Assembly: GCF_009914755.1 (NCBI RefSeq)
Contig: NC_060947.1
Reading direction: 5' to 3' (one strand)
From: the human T2T-CHM13v2.0 reference genome, Homo sapiens
Length of the DNA: 64,000 nucleotides
In this document: positions 25,857-42,860 of the stretch, in pieces
Position numbering within the stretch: position 1 is the stretch's first letter
How the letters are laid out: each line of letters begins with the position of its first letter
The notes under the pieces: model-generated
What the model saw: only the letters and a program-made list of their open reading frames with translations
Told to the model about the DNA's origin: nothing
Database searches by the model: none
Made by a program: the position numbers and the translations under genes

Positions 25857-26656
25857 CCCTGCAGCCAATCAGATAATGAACCACAGGAAACAGGAAGCCG
25901 TCCAGTGAGGATTTCTAGAGCACAAAAAAACACAAGAGGCAAGTCATCTTATTTTCTATTGAAAGTTCAAACATGATATATTTTTTAAGCAAAGGGCTGT
26001 TCCTAAAGCATTAAGAAGAGGAAAACACTCATTTGAGAGAGAACTGAACTTTAATTTCATTGTTGGAACTCACGTGTTTATGGACGATTACAATGGCTTT
26101 TTAAAGTGACTTTCCCATGCTGTTCTAGCATAAAACACATATCCCTAATATGTAGAACAACAGTTTACACTGATCAGGAGTGGCATCCTTTTGTGTTTAA
26201 CCTCAAGATGAACCCAAAACAGAACAGTTTTTGTGTCAAACGTTGAATAAAGAGATAGGAGATAGAGTTTAATTCAAGATGGCAATACTTCCCTCTTTAG
26301 GGGCCTCCATGTCCTCTCATAGGCCATACTAATGAACCCTTCCCTATCGCTTTTTTGTTGTTGTTACAACAGATTTGATCAAATAAAAACCTATGAAGGA
26401 ATTGTGGTTTATTCTTAACAACCAGATATTGAAATTTTGCCGAGTGGCTTACTTAAAATGATCAAACGAATGCTTCATAAACTCTGGCAGCAGCATCATA
26501 AGTCATTATGACCAATAGAGTCCCTGATAAATTCTTTAGGACACCTTGTAAAATACTAAAATTGTGGAAACATAAAAACATGCTGGTTTTTAATTTTACA
26601 TTTTTCAATGCATATTACACATGAAAACTACCGTAAAAGTCTTATATTAAAGAAAG

Positions 26657-27020
<364 letters not shown>

Positions 27021-28909
27021 GATTGAGTTTGTACTTTACACATTGATTGACAAGATATCTCCTAAAATCTTTGCATTACGTCTTTTATTTTCTCTAGCTT
27101 TTTATTGTTTTCTTTTTCCATAGGAAGCTCTGTGGCCACTTCCTAGTCCTATTGCTTCTAGCTCTCAAAGAGTGACAGGCAGACCAGTGAGGAGAAAAAG
27201 CAGTGCTAGGAATAAGTATCTAAAACATGCTATCAGAAGGAGGTAACAGATGAAGAAAGAAGAAAGCAAGAGCAACATCATCCAATGTTTTCCAACTCAA
27301 CTTTCATTTTACAAGTGAAAATGACATAAATCACATAGTAAAGTACCTAAAGTTTGGAAGGAAATGTACATGCATATAGGGATTCACTTTTGTTCCCTGC
27401 TGAGATAAGTAACCCCTGCACAAATTCATTCTTTGACTAATATTTGTTGAATGCCTACTATGTGCACGGCAATGGGCCAAAAAACGTCCCAAGACATTTC
27501 TCTCTTCTCTTTTTCCCCAGTTGCAAAAATACAGCTCTTTCTCTTCCCTTGATAGTGACGAATTTGCTGCATTGTTTAATGGAAACCATGGCACAGGAGC
27601 CCGCTAGAAAAACGCACTGGCCTGGATGAAATGTTTTGTTTCTGATTGGTACGGATTGGTCTCACTGTCTTTCACTCTGCCGTTAATGATTCCTCATTCT
27701 CTCAGGGGTGTTGTGGGTGTAAAAGAGAAGCCCCACAGGTCTGCCAGGCTCCTTCCTCTTTGTTCCTTCTGAAATGTCTCTTCTGGGACAACTTTTTTGG
27801 GTTTTTTTCACAAAGCAAAAGTAGAAGCAGCAGCAACAAACAAAAACCTACTCCCTTTCTCTCCCCCGCACCAAAAATCCCCAAAACAAACAAAAAGGAA
27901 ACAATAATAACAACACAAATAAGTAAATTCTGATGTGAGCTGGTCCTGGATGACTCAACAGTTAAGTAAAGAAACCACCTGCTCTGGAATACTGCATAAC
28001 ATTTGCTGAGGTGCCTTTTGGAAGCTGAGATAATCACCCCATCACTACTGCACTATTGTCTTGATCTATAGAAGACCACCTTGTCTTAAATGTGCTTTAG
28101 GTGGGTTTTCTTTCCCTTCCTGCCTCTCTCTTTTTCTCTCTCTCCTTCTTTCCTTCTTTCTTTAACATCATCCCACAACCTGGGCCTAATTGCCCTGAAT
28201 GAAAACCTCCTCCTTAAGTAGTTCTGGACTAGGCCAAGGAAACAACTGTTTTTGTTCAAACCCCAAAATTAACACCCAAGTTTAAGGCTACTCTTTTCCA
28301 GAGAGCTAAGCCATCCATTTCCTCCCCCTCCCTCAAGCATCTTTCCTGTACTCCTTCTCCTCCTTCCCCAAAGATAATCCAAATATAATTATAAAATGTC
28401 TAGAATTTCTGAGAAATGAGACTGTTGTCCCTCAAGCAATCATTTTAGACTACCTCACTTCCCACCCCCACACGTTCACTTCTTGTATTATGTTGCACTG
28501 AGTCAGTCTCAAAGGAAGGGGCTCAATAATGTCATTGAGTTTAGGGGTTCATTTAGTACAACTCTCCAAATTTGAACACGGCAGAATCTCTTTCCTCTGA
28601 CTTTCATAAAGCCAAGAACAGCTCACCATGTGATAGGAGAAATAAACGAAGATGACTAGGCATGTGACAGCACACCCTTCAGCTCAGATAAAGCTTAAAG
28701 AAGAGGTCACTGAGACCCAGGTTTAAGGTTGCTCATCTCTAAGGGGAGAGAAAGGAGATTAGGGGGAAAGCAGAATGTACTTTCTAATGAGCTTGCGAAT
28801 GCCCAGCTCATTGGCACACTTTGAGACTTACTCCTTCTTGCTGAGAACAGATCCTCAAAGCAGGGCAGCCTCCCTTCTCCTGCTACCTGCAATTCCTAGG
28901 GAAGGGTAG

Positions 28910-29312
<403 letters not shown>

Positions 29313-30409
29313 AGGGGGGATGGTTATAAGTCATTCACAACACAGTGTGAATTCATCAGCTGACTTTTCTAACACCTTGCTGAGATGTGCTGGAAGAATG
29401 GGATCCCGAACAAGGGAGGGAGAAAGTGGGCTCTAGTTATTGGGGGCAGAGGGAAAAGAAGGCTGAGGGGTTAGAGATGGGAAGGAGATGCCAGAAGAGA
29501 GGGCTGTGTGGGGGTGCCCAGCTGAAGGTATTTTTAGCCATCATGCGGGCCATGCACAGTATCCCAGGAGCTGTGGGCAGAATTCTATTTAAAGTCTTTA
29601 GAACTCTTTAGAGCTGACGTGGAGTTGGGGACTGGGGAAGAAATAAATGCAAAGAAGGGAGCACTCATTTTGGGACTACTGTCCAGCTTCTTGGGGAGGC
29701 CTCTGTGCTGAGAAAAAAAGCAGTCTCAGGGTCTGTATCACTGTAGCCCCATTTTGACTCGATTGCAAATTAGCCTTGCAACATGCCCGAAGCAATGAGC
29801 CTAGATGCATTTGTATAGCCAAGTAGGGCTCAGCTGTTGGTACACAGCGTCCTGAACTGAGCTATAGAGAGGTCAGGCAAACCCAGAGCTTCTAATAACA
29901 CCTGGATGCAAAATGTTTGCTTTCCTTGAAGCTACAGAGTACAAGTAGCTTTCTGTTTTTTTGTAAATGGAGTTTATGCATATACATTTCCCACTAGCTC
30001 CTTTAACAGAGTTTTCCTCTTTCCCTTTTTTTCAAGAACTCCCTAATAAGCCTTAATAAATTTTCTACATTAAAAAATCATAAAACATTTCATTTTGGGA
30101 ATATAAACTGTATTTCCTTTCTTCCCTCATAAACACATATGCTCTTTTAATTAAGTTCAGAAAAATGCCAGTGTTTATGTTTAAGAGCTATCTATATCAG
30201 TCACTGACAGTGATACAATCTGATTAGCAAAGCCAGACTGAGATCTCGTAGTACTTGTGAAACCAAGACAGCCCTTTTCTTCTTATAGACAGGAAGAGAA
30301 TGGATTGGCCAAAACAAAAAAAGGAAAGAGGAAGAAGAGCTGCCACTTAACTCCCCCATCGTTAAATTTTTTATGCTGAAAATGCTGCTTATAAAGTTCA
30401 GCAGTTGTT

Positions 30410-30750
30410 TTGTTTTTAAATTGACAAATAAAAATTGTATATATTTATGGGATACAGTGTTCTATGTATACATGTAACAATGATCTATGTTTACATTGTG
30501 GAATGATTATTTTAGATCAAGCTGGTTAACATGACCATTGCCTTACTTTAAGAAGTAGAGAGTAGAATGGTGGTTATTGGGGTGGAGTGGAAGGGGTAAG
30601 GGGAGATACTGGTCAAAAAGTAAAAAGTTGCAGTTAGACAGGAGGAATAAGTTCTAGTGATCTATTGCACAGCATGGTGAGTTCAGCCAATAATAATATA
30701 TTGTATATTTCAAAATGGCTAAGAGGGTAGATTTTAAGTGTTCTTACCAT
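30410..30750. mobile_element. Old L1 3' end in two oppositely oriented pieces
   Basis: 30410-30548 antisense L1 terminus; 30550-30750 sense L1 3'UTR (agagagtagaatggtggtta...). Confidence 0.65.
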
Positions 30751-33231
30751 GAGCTCTATTTCTTAATGTTTTATAATGAAGAGATTGAATATTGGTCTAA
30801 GCACAGAGCATTTTTAATCTCAGGACCCCAAAAAAATCCTTTTAAAAAGAGACAAAAGCTGAAGTCCAAATTAGTTTTGTGACGTTAGAGAGAGAATTGA
30901 GAAGTGTAAGAGAAATCGCTTTGAAAGCAGACAGGATTTTTTGCCTCCCCATCTCCTCTGATGTCGTTAGAGACACGTATGAACTCTTTGCATGAAGAAT
31001 GGGAAGGGGAATTAGCTAAACATTTCCACATCTGGTTTTGGAACGGTTTGGAAAAAGAATTCACTCCATAGGCTCCTGGAAGCTTTTTGGGTCGACAGTT
31101 ATTTATTTTTAAAATTCAGTATACTCGTGACAGCATAGTTATCATTTGTATATTGTTTTCCCAGAAACTTGTTGTCAAAACAAAAGGAAACAGCAGGGAA
31201 AAGGAAACTCCAAAGCAGCATGCAATTATCTCAGGGAAATGTAACTGTCAGGGCTTTGATTTGCAGCAAAGTTTGTTCACTCTCTTGCAGCTGATTTAAA
31301 GAAAAATGAATCTGAGTCAGAATAAAGATTCTTTTACAAGACAAGAACGGAAAAAAAGGAATCCTAACACCTTGTGGGTGCTTTAGTTTAAACATTCAAG
31401 CAGTCACATTCTGACTGTGACCTGCAAACTATCTCAAGGTTTGAGAGCCTTTTAAAATGGAGGTTCTTTTTAAAGCCCAGTTTTAAGGAATTAGTTGGTT
31501 CACTGCTCTCAAAGAAAGTGACAATTGTGATTAATACTAATGATGTTGAAAGTACATTAAAGCGAGTTAGAAAATTAAATAACTGCTTTTGTAGAATTTA
31601 CATTAATTTTAAAGACGCTGAGACCGGTTTAGTTTTCCAACCTCATGAAGCACAGTGTTAAAGTAACCGCACATTATTCATCATTTTGTGTGGAAGAAGA
31701 ATTATGAACTGCTAATGCTTAACAATGTCCATTTTCTCAGCAGAGAAAAACACCTTGACCGAACCCTTAAAAAGGCTTCATTAAAATTAAACTAAAAAGC
31801 AGCCATTAAAAATTTATTTCTGATTCTAAAACTAACTGCAGAAAAATTGGGTGGTGTCGAAAAGAAAAAAGAAGGAAACACCCTTCTCAACCCCCAAATA
31901 ACCATTGTTAAATTTTTTATATATTTCTAATTTGGGGGGAAAGTATATGTCCACATATATGATTCAAAATTATCTCGGGGGAAAAAAGTCAAGGCTTTTT
32001 GAAAGCTGTTTTTAATTTTTGACATTGAATTTTAAAGCAATCAAAGCATTATTTTTGTTTGGGCCATCTGGTTTTGTTCTTATAATCTGTTAAGCTATCA
32101 AGCATAGTTTAAATGTCATGGTTCATCTCATACACAAATAAAGGTTGCAAAATAAATAAGAATCCAAGCTCCTTGTAAGAGAGAAATTTCCGCTGGGTCG
32201 CAAATTTGGTTACTAAAAGGTGAGTAGTCCAATGTGAAATCAAACCATAATAAGGCTACACAACAAGGGTAAACCATGCCCTGACTGAACATAAATATTC
32301 CTAAATAAATACAGAAAGCCATACTTTAGAGGAAATTGCAAAGATCAGGTCATGGGAACTCCTCCCCTTTTGTGCAGAGAAGCTGAGTTGGTTGAATTTT
32401 AAACTTGAACAAAGAGATGTATTTCATAATTTCCATGAAGTGTGAGGGACATCCCAAATGTATGCCCCTAATTCAGTTTATGTTTTAACTTAACAATTTA
32501 TTTGAGTTTGATTTTTTTCAGAAAACTACACCCTTTTCCACAAAGCCCCAGAGTCCCTTCTCATTTTAAAAGACAAGGTAGGTTTGTGTCTGTGCAGACC
32601 TCTCAACTCCACGGCAGCCACGGCCACATTTTTAACCCATTAGTAGTCTCTGGGAGTCTGCCAAAACCAGATAAAGGCCCATTTGCCTGAGGTGATCTGA
32701 AATCATCAGAAGGCAGAGGATTGAATCAGATGTTCCTTCAAGGGCTTCACCACCTCTTTGATACACCTGTGTCAATAAATGAGGGCTCTAGATGGCTTCC
32801 AAAAATGGTCAGGCACATTCCCGTCTCCCTTTCAAAATTGGGATTTTTGAGTACAGGTTTTCTTAAAGTGAGGTGCATGCATATGGCCCCTTAGGTGTGG
32901 CCTAAGTCCAAAATAAACCACAGTTGACTTTATAGGCTACTTGGCTGATTTTTCACTGACTTGACCAGAATGCATCTTTCCAAAACCCAAAGCTACCTTG
33001 TGCATGCCCCACCCAGAATGTGGTCACTTGGTGCATGTGTATAACATCCTGACTGAGGCCATTCACCATCATTTGGCTCCTGAGACGTAGAGAAGGTTTT
33101 AGAAAAGGTTCCTTTGATAGGAAGGCTGTTGGTCATTGTTAGCGAGCCTACAATTTGGGAGGCATGCGTGCATATCGGAGTAGGTAAAGATGCATTGCTT
33201 TGTGATGAGGACATTGTAGGAAGATAAATTT

Positions 33232-33245
33232 TCTCTCTCTCTCTC

Positions 33246-33293
<48 letters not shown>

Positions 33294-33321
33294 TGATGGA
33301 GAGACAGACACACACACACAT
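33232..33321. repeat. (TC)n(CA)n compound microsatellite
   Basis: Direct reading. Confidence 0.93.
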
Positions 33322-34529
33322 ACTGAGGAGAAGAAAATCCCCAAATCTGTTTCTTACTATTGCCCTGATCCCTACTATTTCTCCCCATTCCTTAATTATT
33401 GTACCATAAATTCCTTTAAAAATGGGGTCTTGATCTACTATAGTATCTGGTACACAGTAAGTACTTAGTAAATATTTTTTAAATGAAAGAAGGAAGAAAT
33501 TAATGAATGACCACCAGAAATCACCACCTGCCCCTGTGCCTCCTTGTCCAGCCCCTAAGGGCCTGAATCTGGTTATTGGCTAACCCCTTCCCCCACTCCT
33601 TCTCTAGTCTACCAGTTGAAGGCCTGGGGTAGCAGTAGAGCCTTTCTATAATAGTTAGAGAGTACAGAGTCCTAACAAGCGTCCTGGCCTGTCCACTTGC
33701 ACACCTGCTTATCTTCTAGGATCATTGATGCCAAGGGCTCTATGTCTGTCCCATCCAACGGTACCCAATGTCCTGTCAATTAGCTCTTAGTCAGTGACTC
33801 CAAGTGCAGCCAGCACTCTTTGTACCCCTTTTCCTCCATCCCTGTGATAAGTCGTCCTCTGGAAAGAAGACAAAGTGGAACTCTCCCCTAGTCTGGCCTT
33901 TACATGGGAGGAAAGAAGAAATTATCAAGCCGTATCTAGACCAAGTCCAGGCAATTGAGAGACAGCATAATCAGAAGCAGAAGCCTCAGGTTCACGAGGT
34001 ACTGAAGAATGGTGGGGTGCCTCGAAGGGGCTTGCTAGAGTCCCCAAGTTTACCCAGGCAAATGGACTTAGCCCTGAGGTTGTCCAAGGATTCCCTTAGC
34101 TAGAAAAAGGAACCTAAACCACAGGCTGGATATCTGTTCCTCCTGAGAGCAGACCTACACATCCACTCCCAGTTCCATACACAGATACAGAAATCAGAAA
34201 ATGCTAGAGGTTCTTGGGAAATCAGAGGCAAGATGGGTGAATTCTCCCCTACCCCAACTTGACCCTTGGCTCCCTCTGGGCTGGGCTTTTCACTCTGCCA
34301 ACTCTGGACTAAAAGAGAGATCCAGGCTAACTTCACGTCTGTTTGAGTGTCCCCGAGCCTGAATGTTCCCAAAAGTGCTTTGCAGTTGACCCCATATCCA
34401 CATATGATAGAGTATTGTACTGGTAAATATCACTATACACTTCTCTGATCTGGACTTTCTATATAACGAAGATTTGACTTTGGGTGTGATAGCTCCTTAT
34501 ACTAGCAATATCAAAAAACATAACAATTT

Positions 34530-35004
<475 letters not shown>

Positions 35005-35432
35005 TTACTTGTTTAAAAAAAAGCAATTGGTTAAACTTGTGTTCATCATTTGCATATTATAATACATAATATTTTAAAATACACCATATATAATGTTAAA
35101 AATAAATATAAAAGTCTTATCATATCTAATAATATATACATATATGATATTAATATAATTATTAACAACAAAAAGGAAGTTTCCCCCCACTGGTAATCTA
35201 TCTTCCCTTAACAAAGAATGAAGGACTTTCTTTCTGAAATTTTTCTCCAGGACTGAGACTTGAACTTACATCACTGGACTAAAAATGTTTAGGAATACCT
35301 ATCTATGTATTCTATATCTATGTATCTAATATTCTATATATACATTATATATCTATATCTATTCTATATCTATATATTCTATATAGCTAGATAATTATAT
35401 ATACATATATATGTATAAAATTATGTCCTCCC

Positions 35433-36165
<733 letters not shown>

Positions 36166-36582
36166 ATTATATCTTCCCAACAAATGGAACAGACACACAT
36201 GCCTCCTTTCTGAGATAGGAGCCTGCAATTATTAATGTTCTGACTCTGTGTTTTGTTACAATCTTAAATTCCATTTAGAATTAGAAATATGATGAAGCAA
36301 CAAGGAATAGAGACAAAAACTTAGAAAGAAAGGGGCCAGTTAAAAGTGGTATTGGTGCTGATATTTGATGCCTACAGGAGAAACTGAACTAGAATTGCAG
36401 TGTAATATCAGGGAGACGTTCCCAACTATAAAAGTTGTCCAAAAATGGATGGAGAAACCTAGAGTGAAACTAAGATCTCTTTGTTCCCTGTAGGCATTCA
36501 GTTAGAGGCTGGCTGTCCACTTGTTGGGGTCACTGGAGAGGGAGATCCTGTCCTACGTCAGAGGCTAGAGTAGATGATCCTT

Positions 36583-36877
36583 GGCCGGGTGCAGTGGCTC
36601 ACGCCTGTAATCTCAGCACTTTGGGAGGCCAAGGCGGGCGTATCACCTAAGGTCAGGAGCTCAAGACCAGCCTGGCCAACATGGTGAAGCCCCGTCTCCA
36701 CTAAAAATGCAAAAATTAGCTGGGCGTGGTGGCGCATGCCTGTAGTCCCAGCTACTCTGGAGGCTGAGGCAGGAGAATCGCTTGAACTGGGGGGCAGAGG
36801 TTGCAGTGAGCTGAGGTCGCGCCACTGCACTCCAGCCTGGGCAACAGAGAGAGAGACTCCACCAAAGAAAAAAAAAA
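36583..36877 (+). mobile_element. Alu
   Basis: Full-length Alu. Confidence 0.95.
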
Positions 36878-36923
36878 GATGGTGTTTAAGGTTCTATCAC
36901 AGAATGCCTCATGTGTGCATGCA

Positions 36924-36926
<3 letters not shown>

Positions 36927-36962
<36 letters not shown>
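36927..36962. repeat. (TG)n microsatellite
   Basis: Direct reading. Confidence 0.95.
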
Positions 36963-36964
<2 letters not shown>

Positions 36965-37307
36965 TGGAGGGATAGATTAGCACATGTATTATGAACACAT
37001 GCATGCATGGGAACACACACACATACATACATCATGCACACATACAGAGGTTATTTATGTAGGTCTTCTCTTGAAAGTCTTACAATGTCATTGATGCCTG
37101 AAGCCTCTAATCCTGAGATACGGAAGATTATATAACATTTTCTAACAGGGACTTGACCTCTCAGCCAGGTTTTTGTTGTGACTGGATGTGACTGTGTATT
37201 GGTGGCAATTACAAGGGGAAGGTGGCAGGGGAGAAGGGAGGGCAGGTCATGATATAGAGGAAAATACTCAGAATGATTCTAAGTATTAGTCATTAAGAAA
37301 ACAAACC

Positions 37308-37853
<546 letters not shown>

Positions 37854-40610
37854 GAGGAAATGGTCTTTCTAAGCAGCATGGTCTCTGAAAGCCTGAACTG
37901 GGGGTTCATGTGATGCCTGTCTTTGGGGAATTTACAGGAGAGCTGATCAAGAGAGATAACAGGAGGAAGTTATCTACTGGGGTGGGGCTGGGGAAATCTC
38001 TAGACAAAAGATATCCAAATTAAAGCAAATTTCTTGCACCGAATTTAAAAGGTTGGGGCTCTGATCCTTGGAACTGCAGTCTATGGAGGCCCTGTCACAG
38101 TTATAGGGCAAATGTTCAAAGTAGAAATACTTTCTATTTCACCTAGAAAGTAGTAGTAGTGATGACTTTAAAAATATATATTTATGCTTCTTTGCAATGT
38201 CTTAAGTGATTACAGAAACCAGGGGTTCTAAAAAGCTTGTTTAAATGTGTATGGATTACATATGGCAACAAATCTCAAAATACAGCACTTTTGCTTTAAT
38301 TTGGATATCTTTTGTCTAGAGATTCCCCAGCCCTACCCCAATAGAATGCACTCCCTCCTGTTATCCCTCTTGATCCTTGCAGCTCTCCTGTAAGGGCCCC
38401 AAAGACAGGCATCACATGTTAAAACTGTGGAAACGGGGGTCCCAGAAGGGCAGAGAGCCTTGGCCAAGATCAAGGTTAGATAAGTCAATCGGGGCCTCAG
38501 GCCTTTCCACCAGCCCACCTTGCTTCTCTGCCTTACAACTCAGAGAAAAATGGCCAGACATTACAATAAATTTAATCACCATGAAAGAAAAGGAAAGTCC
38601 TGAGGTGGCTTGGCTTCCGGACTATGGCTCTAAAACACTTGGGTGATTCTGCTTCAGTGTCTGATGGCTGAGTTTTTAGGAGAGGGGACAGAATCAACTT
38701 TAAAACTGAGCAAACCAAAGCATAGAGGGGCTGTGGGAGCAATTTCCCATGCATGACTCGGGGAAGCTGAGAGAAGCTCTAAGATGGTATGTGGCAGTGA
38801 GAGACAGGGACAAATCTTTCCTGAAAACAACAAGAGGAAGAATGGAGTGTTCTCAGGCTTTCACACAAGACTTGTGTCACAAGTTGGAGAGGGGAGACCC
38901 AGATAGACTCCAGCTGAGCAGTGGTTTGTGCTTTCCCGGAAAGCTGAGGCCTCTAGAACTTAGGACAGTGAGGGCAGATGCTCATCCCTAGGAGGACACC
39001 CACATCCAAGAAGAGCAGATAATTCCTGTATTCCAAGAGCTCTGTGCACTTCTTTATGAACCTGCCCTGCTTCCACCAAACATAGCTATTTCTCAGGCCA
39101 AGCCACCAGTTCTAAAATTGATCGCTCTGCATTTACGCTGGGTATAAATAGATATAGATGGGCCGTTTAATTTCCCACGTGGCTACCTTCCGCCAATTGG
39201 AGCACCCTTGGGAGTAGAAGAACAGAAAGAGGTTCAAGGTAGGCAGGCCACTGGGATTTTTGAAACTTGGATATTTTGTCTTATACAAAGAGCAACAACT
39301 TTTCTATATGCCCTCAAAAATAATCCTACTTTTTAAAGCTTTCTTTTTACACCTAAGTGATGAGAACAAAGACAGAAACTGGGTCCACCCACTAGACAAA
39401 ACCTTTCATCATAGGCAGTTGCTTAAACGTAGCGACTGAGATTCCCGCAGAAAGAAGAAAGGAAGGAAAACAGGAAGGAGGGAAATGGATATATATTGAG
39501 ACACTGTATTACTGTGTTTAGGGCTGTACGTGCAGTATCTCACTTAACCCTCATAGCAACTCTGTGTGGTATTATTATTAGCTTCCTTTTATGGAAGAAG
39601 AATTGAGGATCAGAAAGGTTAGGAAATTCATTAAAGACACAAAGGTCATAAGTGGCAAAGCCAGAACGAGAAGCTTCTATAGTTCTCTGTCTAGTCTATG
39701 CCAGTGCCAAGAAAGTAAACACAGTGAAGGTGTTCATAACAGAGGACATAAAAGAGTGGCAACGGTTGTTTATGGGTATCAGAGTCTAGGGTGGTGGAGA
39801 GGTGGGGAAGTTAATAGCTTTTCAAGCAGGGGAAATTGAGAAAAATAGAGGCAATAAATGGGAGACAGAAATTCAAGGGCATTTAGAGTAGATAATTCTG
39901 GACCACTGTTTCTATTTTATCACTCTCTATATTTTGGACTTCTTGTCAGCACACAGTCATTCCTTATTTCAATGTAACACATTTATTCCGTGGGTTGCAT
40001 GCATACCCAGAACACAATGAACCTCGAGACACACTGTATATTCAGGCCTTCTCAATCTGTTTTGACGAGGGAAATGTGTATGGCTTCTGTACAAAGCCAC
40101 CAGATACGGCAACCCCAAACTAAGAAGAATGGCCTGTAGACTCACCCAATAAATCTTCCTGAATGGAAAAAGGGTACCACACATTCTCCAACTCTTGCAT
40201 TTGTTATGGAAGTGGAGAATCACATATTCCTGATTCCACTCTGAGGACAGGGATTGTGTGTCTTTCTGATTTCATCATATCTTTAAAAAGAATGGGCTTC
40301 TCTTGCCAAGCCTGAATGTTTGTGACACTCCAGACCTGGATGTCAGGGCTTGGATGGGAGGGAGGGAAAGAGTACAGACAGTCAAATGACTGAATCAATG
40401 GGCAATGTCTCATTAGTGCCATGTTGGAAACAACCAGAGCTAGGCAGCCCTAGTTCCCTGGCATAAGTTGGGTTTTTACAAACATTTTAATTTGTAAAAA
40501 CTGGAAAAAGGGTGGGGGGCACTTACTGAGTTTGAAGAAAGCAGCAGGGTGAAAGCGCCCTTCATTCCTGATTAAAACCACTAGCTTGGGTTGCTGAAGA
40601 AAGGAACTGA

Positions 40611-40976
<366 letters not shown>

Positions 40977-42049
40977 TGAAGAATCCTATATTGTTCGAGC
41001 TATGAACCAGCTCATAATAAGAGCTGAACAACTGTGGCACCCACCTGTTAGAAATCAAGACTGGGGTATTAAAACCAGAAGTGCTGGCCTATTAGAGGGG
41101 CCTGACCATTTTGTGTGGAAAGCAAACCTCGCCTAAACCCAGGGATTAGCATTTTCACATTGGGACAATAACTGAAGCAGGTGCTCATTCTATGGGTTGT
41201 TCGGAATCATTTTTCTGACTGCATAGAGGTAGAAGCTGAAATAGAATAAGTTCTCAGAGGGCATGACTCCAAACAGGGAATGGGGAGGGAAGTGAGGCAT
41301 TCCTTATTCTTTGCTTCCTTGGAAAATGGAAAAAGAAACTCTGGCACAAAATGGCAGCTGCCCTGGCTCATTGGCAGTTCTGCTAAGAAACTAGGGAGCA
41401 AAGAGCTGATTAAAGAAGGTCATGTTTATCTAGGGATATGGTAATTGGAACACACCCTCACTAGTGATCTAAGTTTAAATCCCCAGCCTCTAAATAAGCA
41501 ATACTTTCAAAAGGGCCACCTTATCATTATTTATAAAATAGTCTGATTTTCAGGGAGGAGTACTTCTCTTTTAAGCCTCTCCTTTAGAGATTTTGTATGT
41601 GGGAGATTACAGACCTCGGGGAGTATTTTTTTAAACTAAGTTTTAAAGTCACCATAGTGTTTGTAAATAAAATAAGATAAAATAAAATAAATACCAAGTT
41701 TTAAGTAGTATTGATTATTTTTAAGTACAAGGGCTTATGGTTTTGCTGACTTCTTAAGATTCTGTGAACCTAGAAGGGTGACTGAAAACTTGGTGTTAGT
41801 AGTATTCTTGTTCTGATTTCCCTATATGGACACATCCTTGGAACTTCCAGATCTGTCTAATTGGATATTGGAGATAAGAAGTGATTTGGGTGAGGAGAAA
41901 AGGCAAGGTTATGGAGAAGACAATGACTTAGCTCACTCATAGGACAGAAATGAGTGCAATGTATTTGGACAGACTTATAAGGACAGAAAAAAAGGTGAGA
42001 AGAAAGTCTAGGGAAAGAAGTTTGGAAGCAATGAGGTCCTGGAGGGTTT

Positions 42050-42860
42050 GAGGCAGGATAGTCTAGTAGTTGAGTGGCTTTGATGTACCAAGAGAGACTT
42101 GGAATAAGACGGCGCTAACTAACTTTGGGAATTACTTTCTAAGCATTGTTTTCATCATTTGTTAATGAGGATAATAATAATAACGATAACACTGCATCGG
42201 GTCGTTATGATTATTAAATGACACCATGAGTGTAAAACTGTTTAGTGTAGCTCCTGTCATGCAAGTGCTCAATAAGTGTTAGTTATTATTAAAATTATTA
42301 TTGTTGAATATAGAAATTAGACTAAACCACACATGGAAACAGAGTTCATAGCACCTTTTAGAAGCTCCTAAGCTCTCTCTTTTTAAAATGTCTGGACTTT
42401 TGATATAATGATAAGGAGGGTTTTCTTGTTTTGTTTTGTTTTGTTTTAATTTTTTTGTAGAGACAGGGTCTTGATATGTTGCCCATGCTAGACTCAAACT
42501 CCTGGCCTCAAGCGATGCTTCTCCTCCGCCTCCCAAAGGATAGGATCACAGGCGTGAGCCACTATGCCTGGCTTTTTTTTTTTTTTTTTTTGGCTTACGT
42601 CTAAACCACATCTGAGTTGTTTTTTTTTTTTTAAATGCCCAGAGAATTGGAGATATACAGACCTAAGTTTGAATTGAGGCTCTGTCACTTCCTAGCTGTG
42701 TGACCTTGGGTAAGTCCCTTCCCTCTCCTGGCCTCAGTTTCCTCATATAAAATAGGGACAGTTATAATAGCAACCTCAATGGGATTGGAGGAGTGAATGA
42801 GGTCTGAAAAACTGCACGTACAGGGCCTGGCACAGAGCAAGTGTCCAATCAATGGGAGCT
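42050..42860. mobile_element. Two MIRs (~42050-42290, ~42640-42860) flanking an Alu monomer/FLAM (42421-42572, -)
   Basis: MIR core tgtgaccttgggtaagtc...gcctcagtttcctcat; Alu left-arm sequence. Confidence 0.75.

Noticed and set aside
25857-25868. MAAG N-terminal extension of PLAC1 in the ORF track
   Set aside because: Starts at TTG; the eukaryotic start is the ATG at 25856.
35040-35420. AT-rich quasi-periodic (TATATC/TATTC) tract
   Set aside because: Degenerate simple repeat; no repeat-spacer or other ordered structure.
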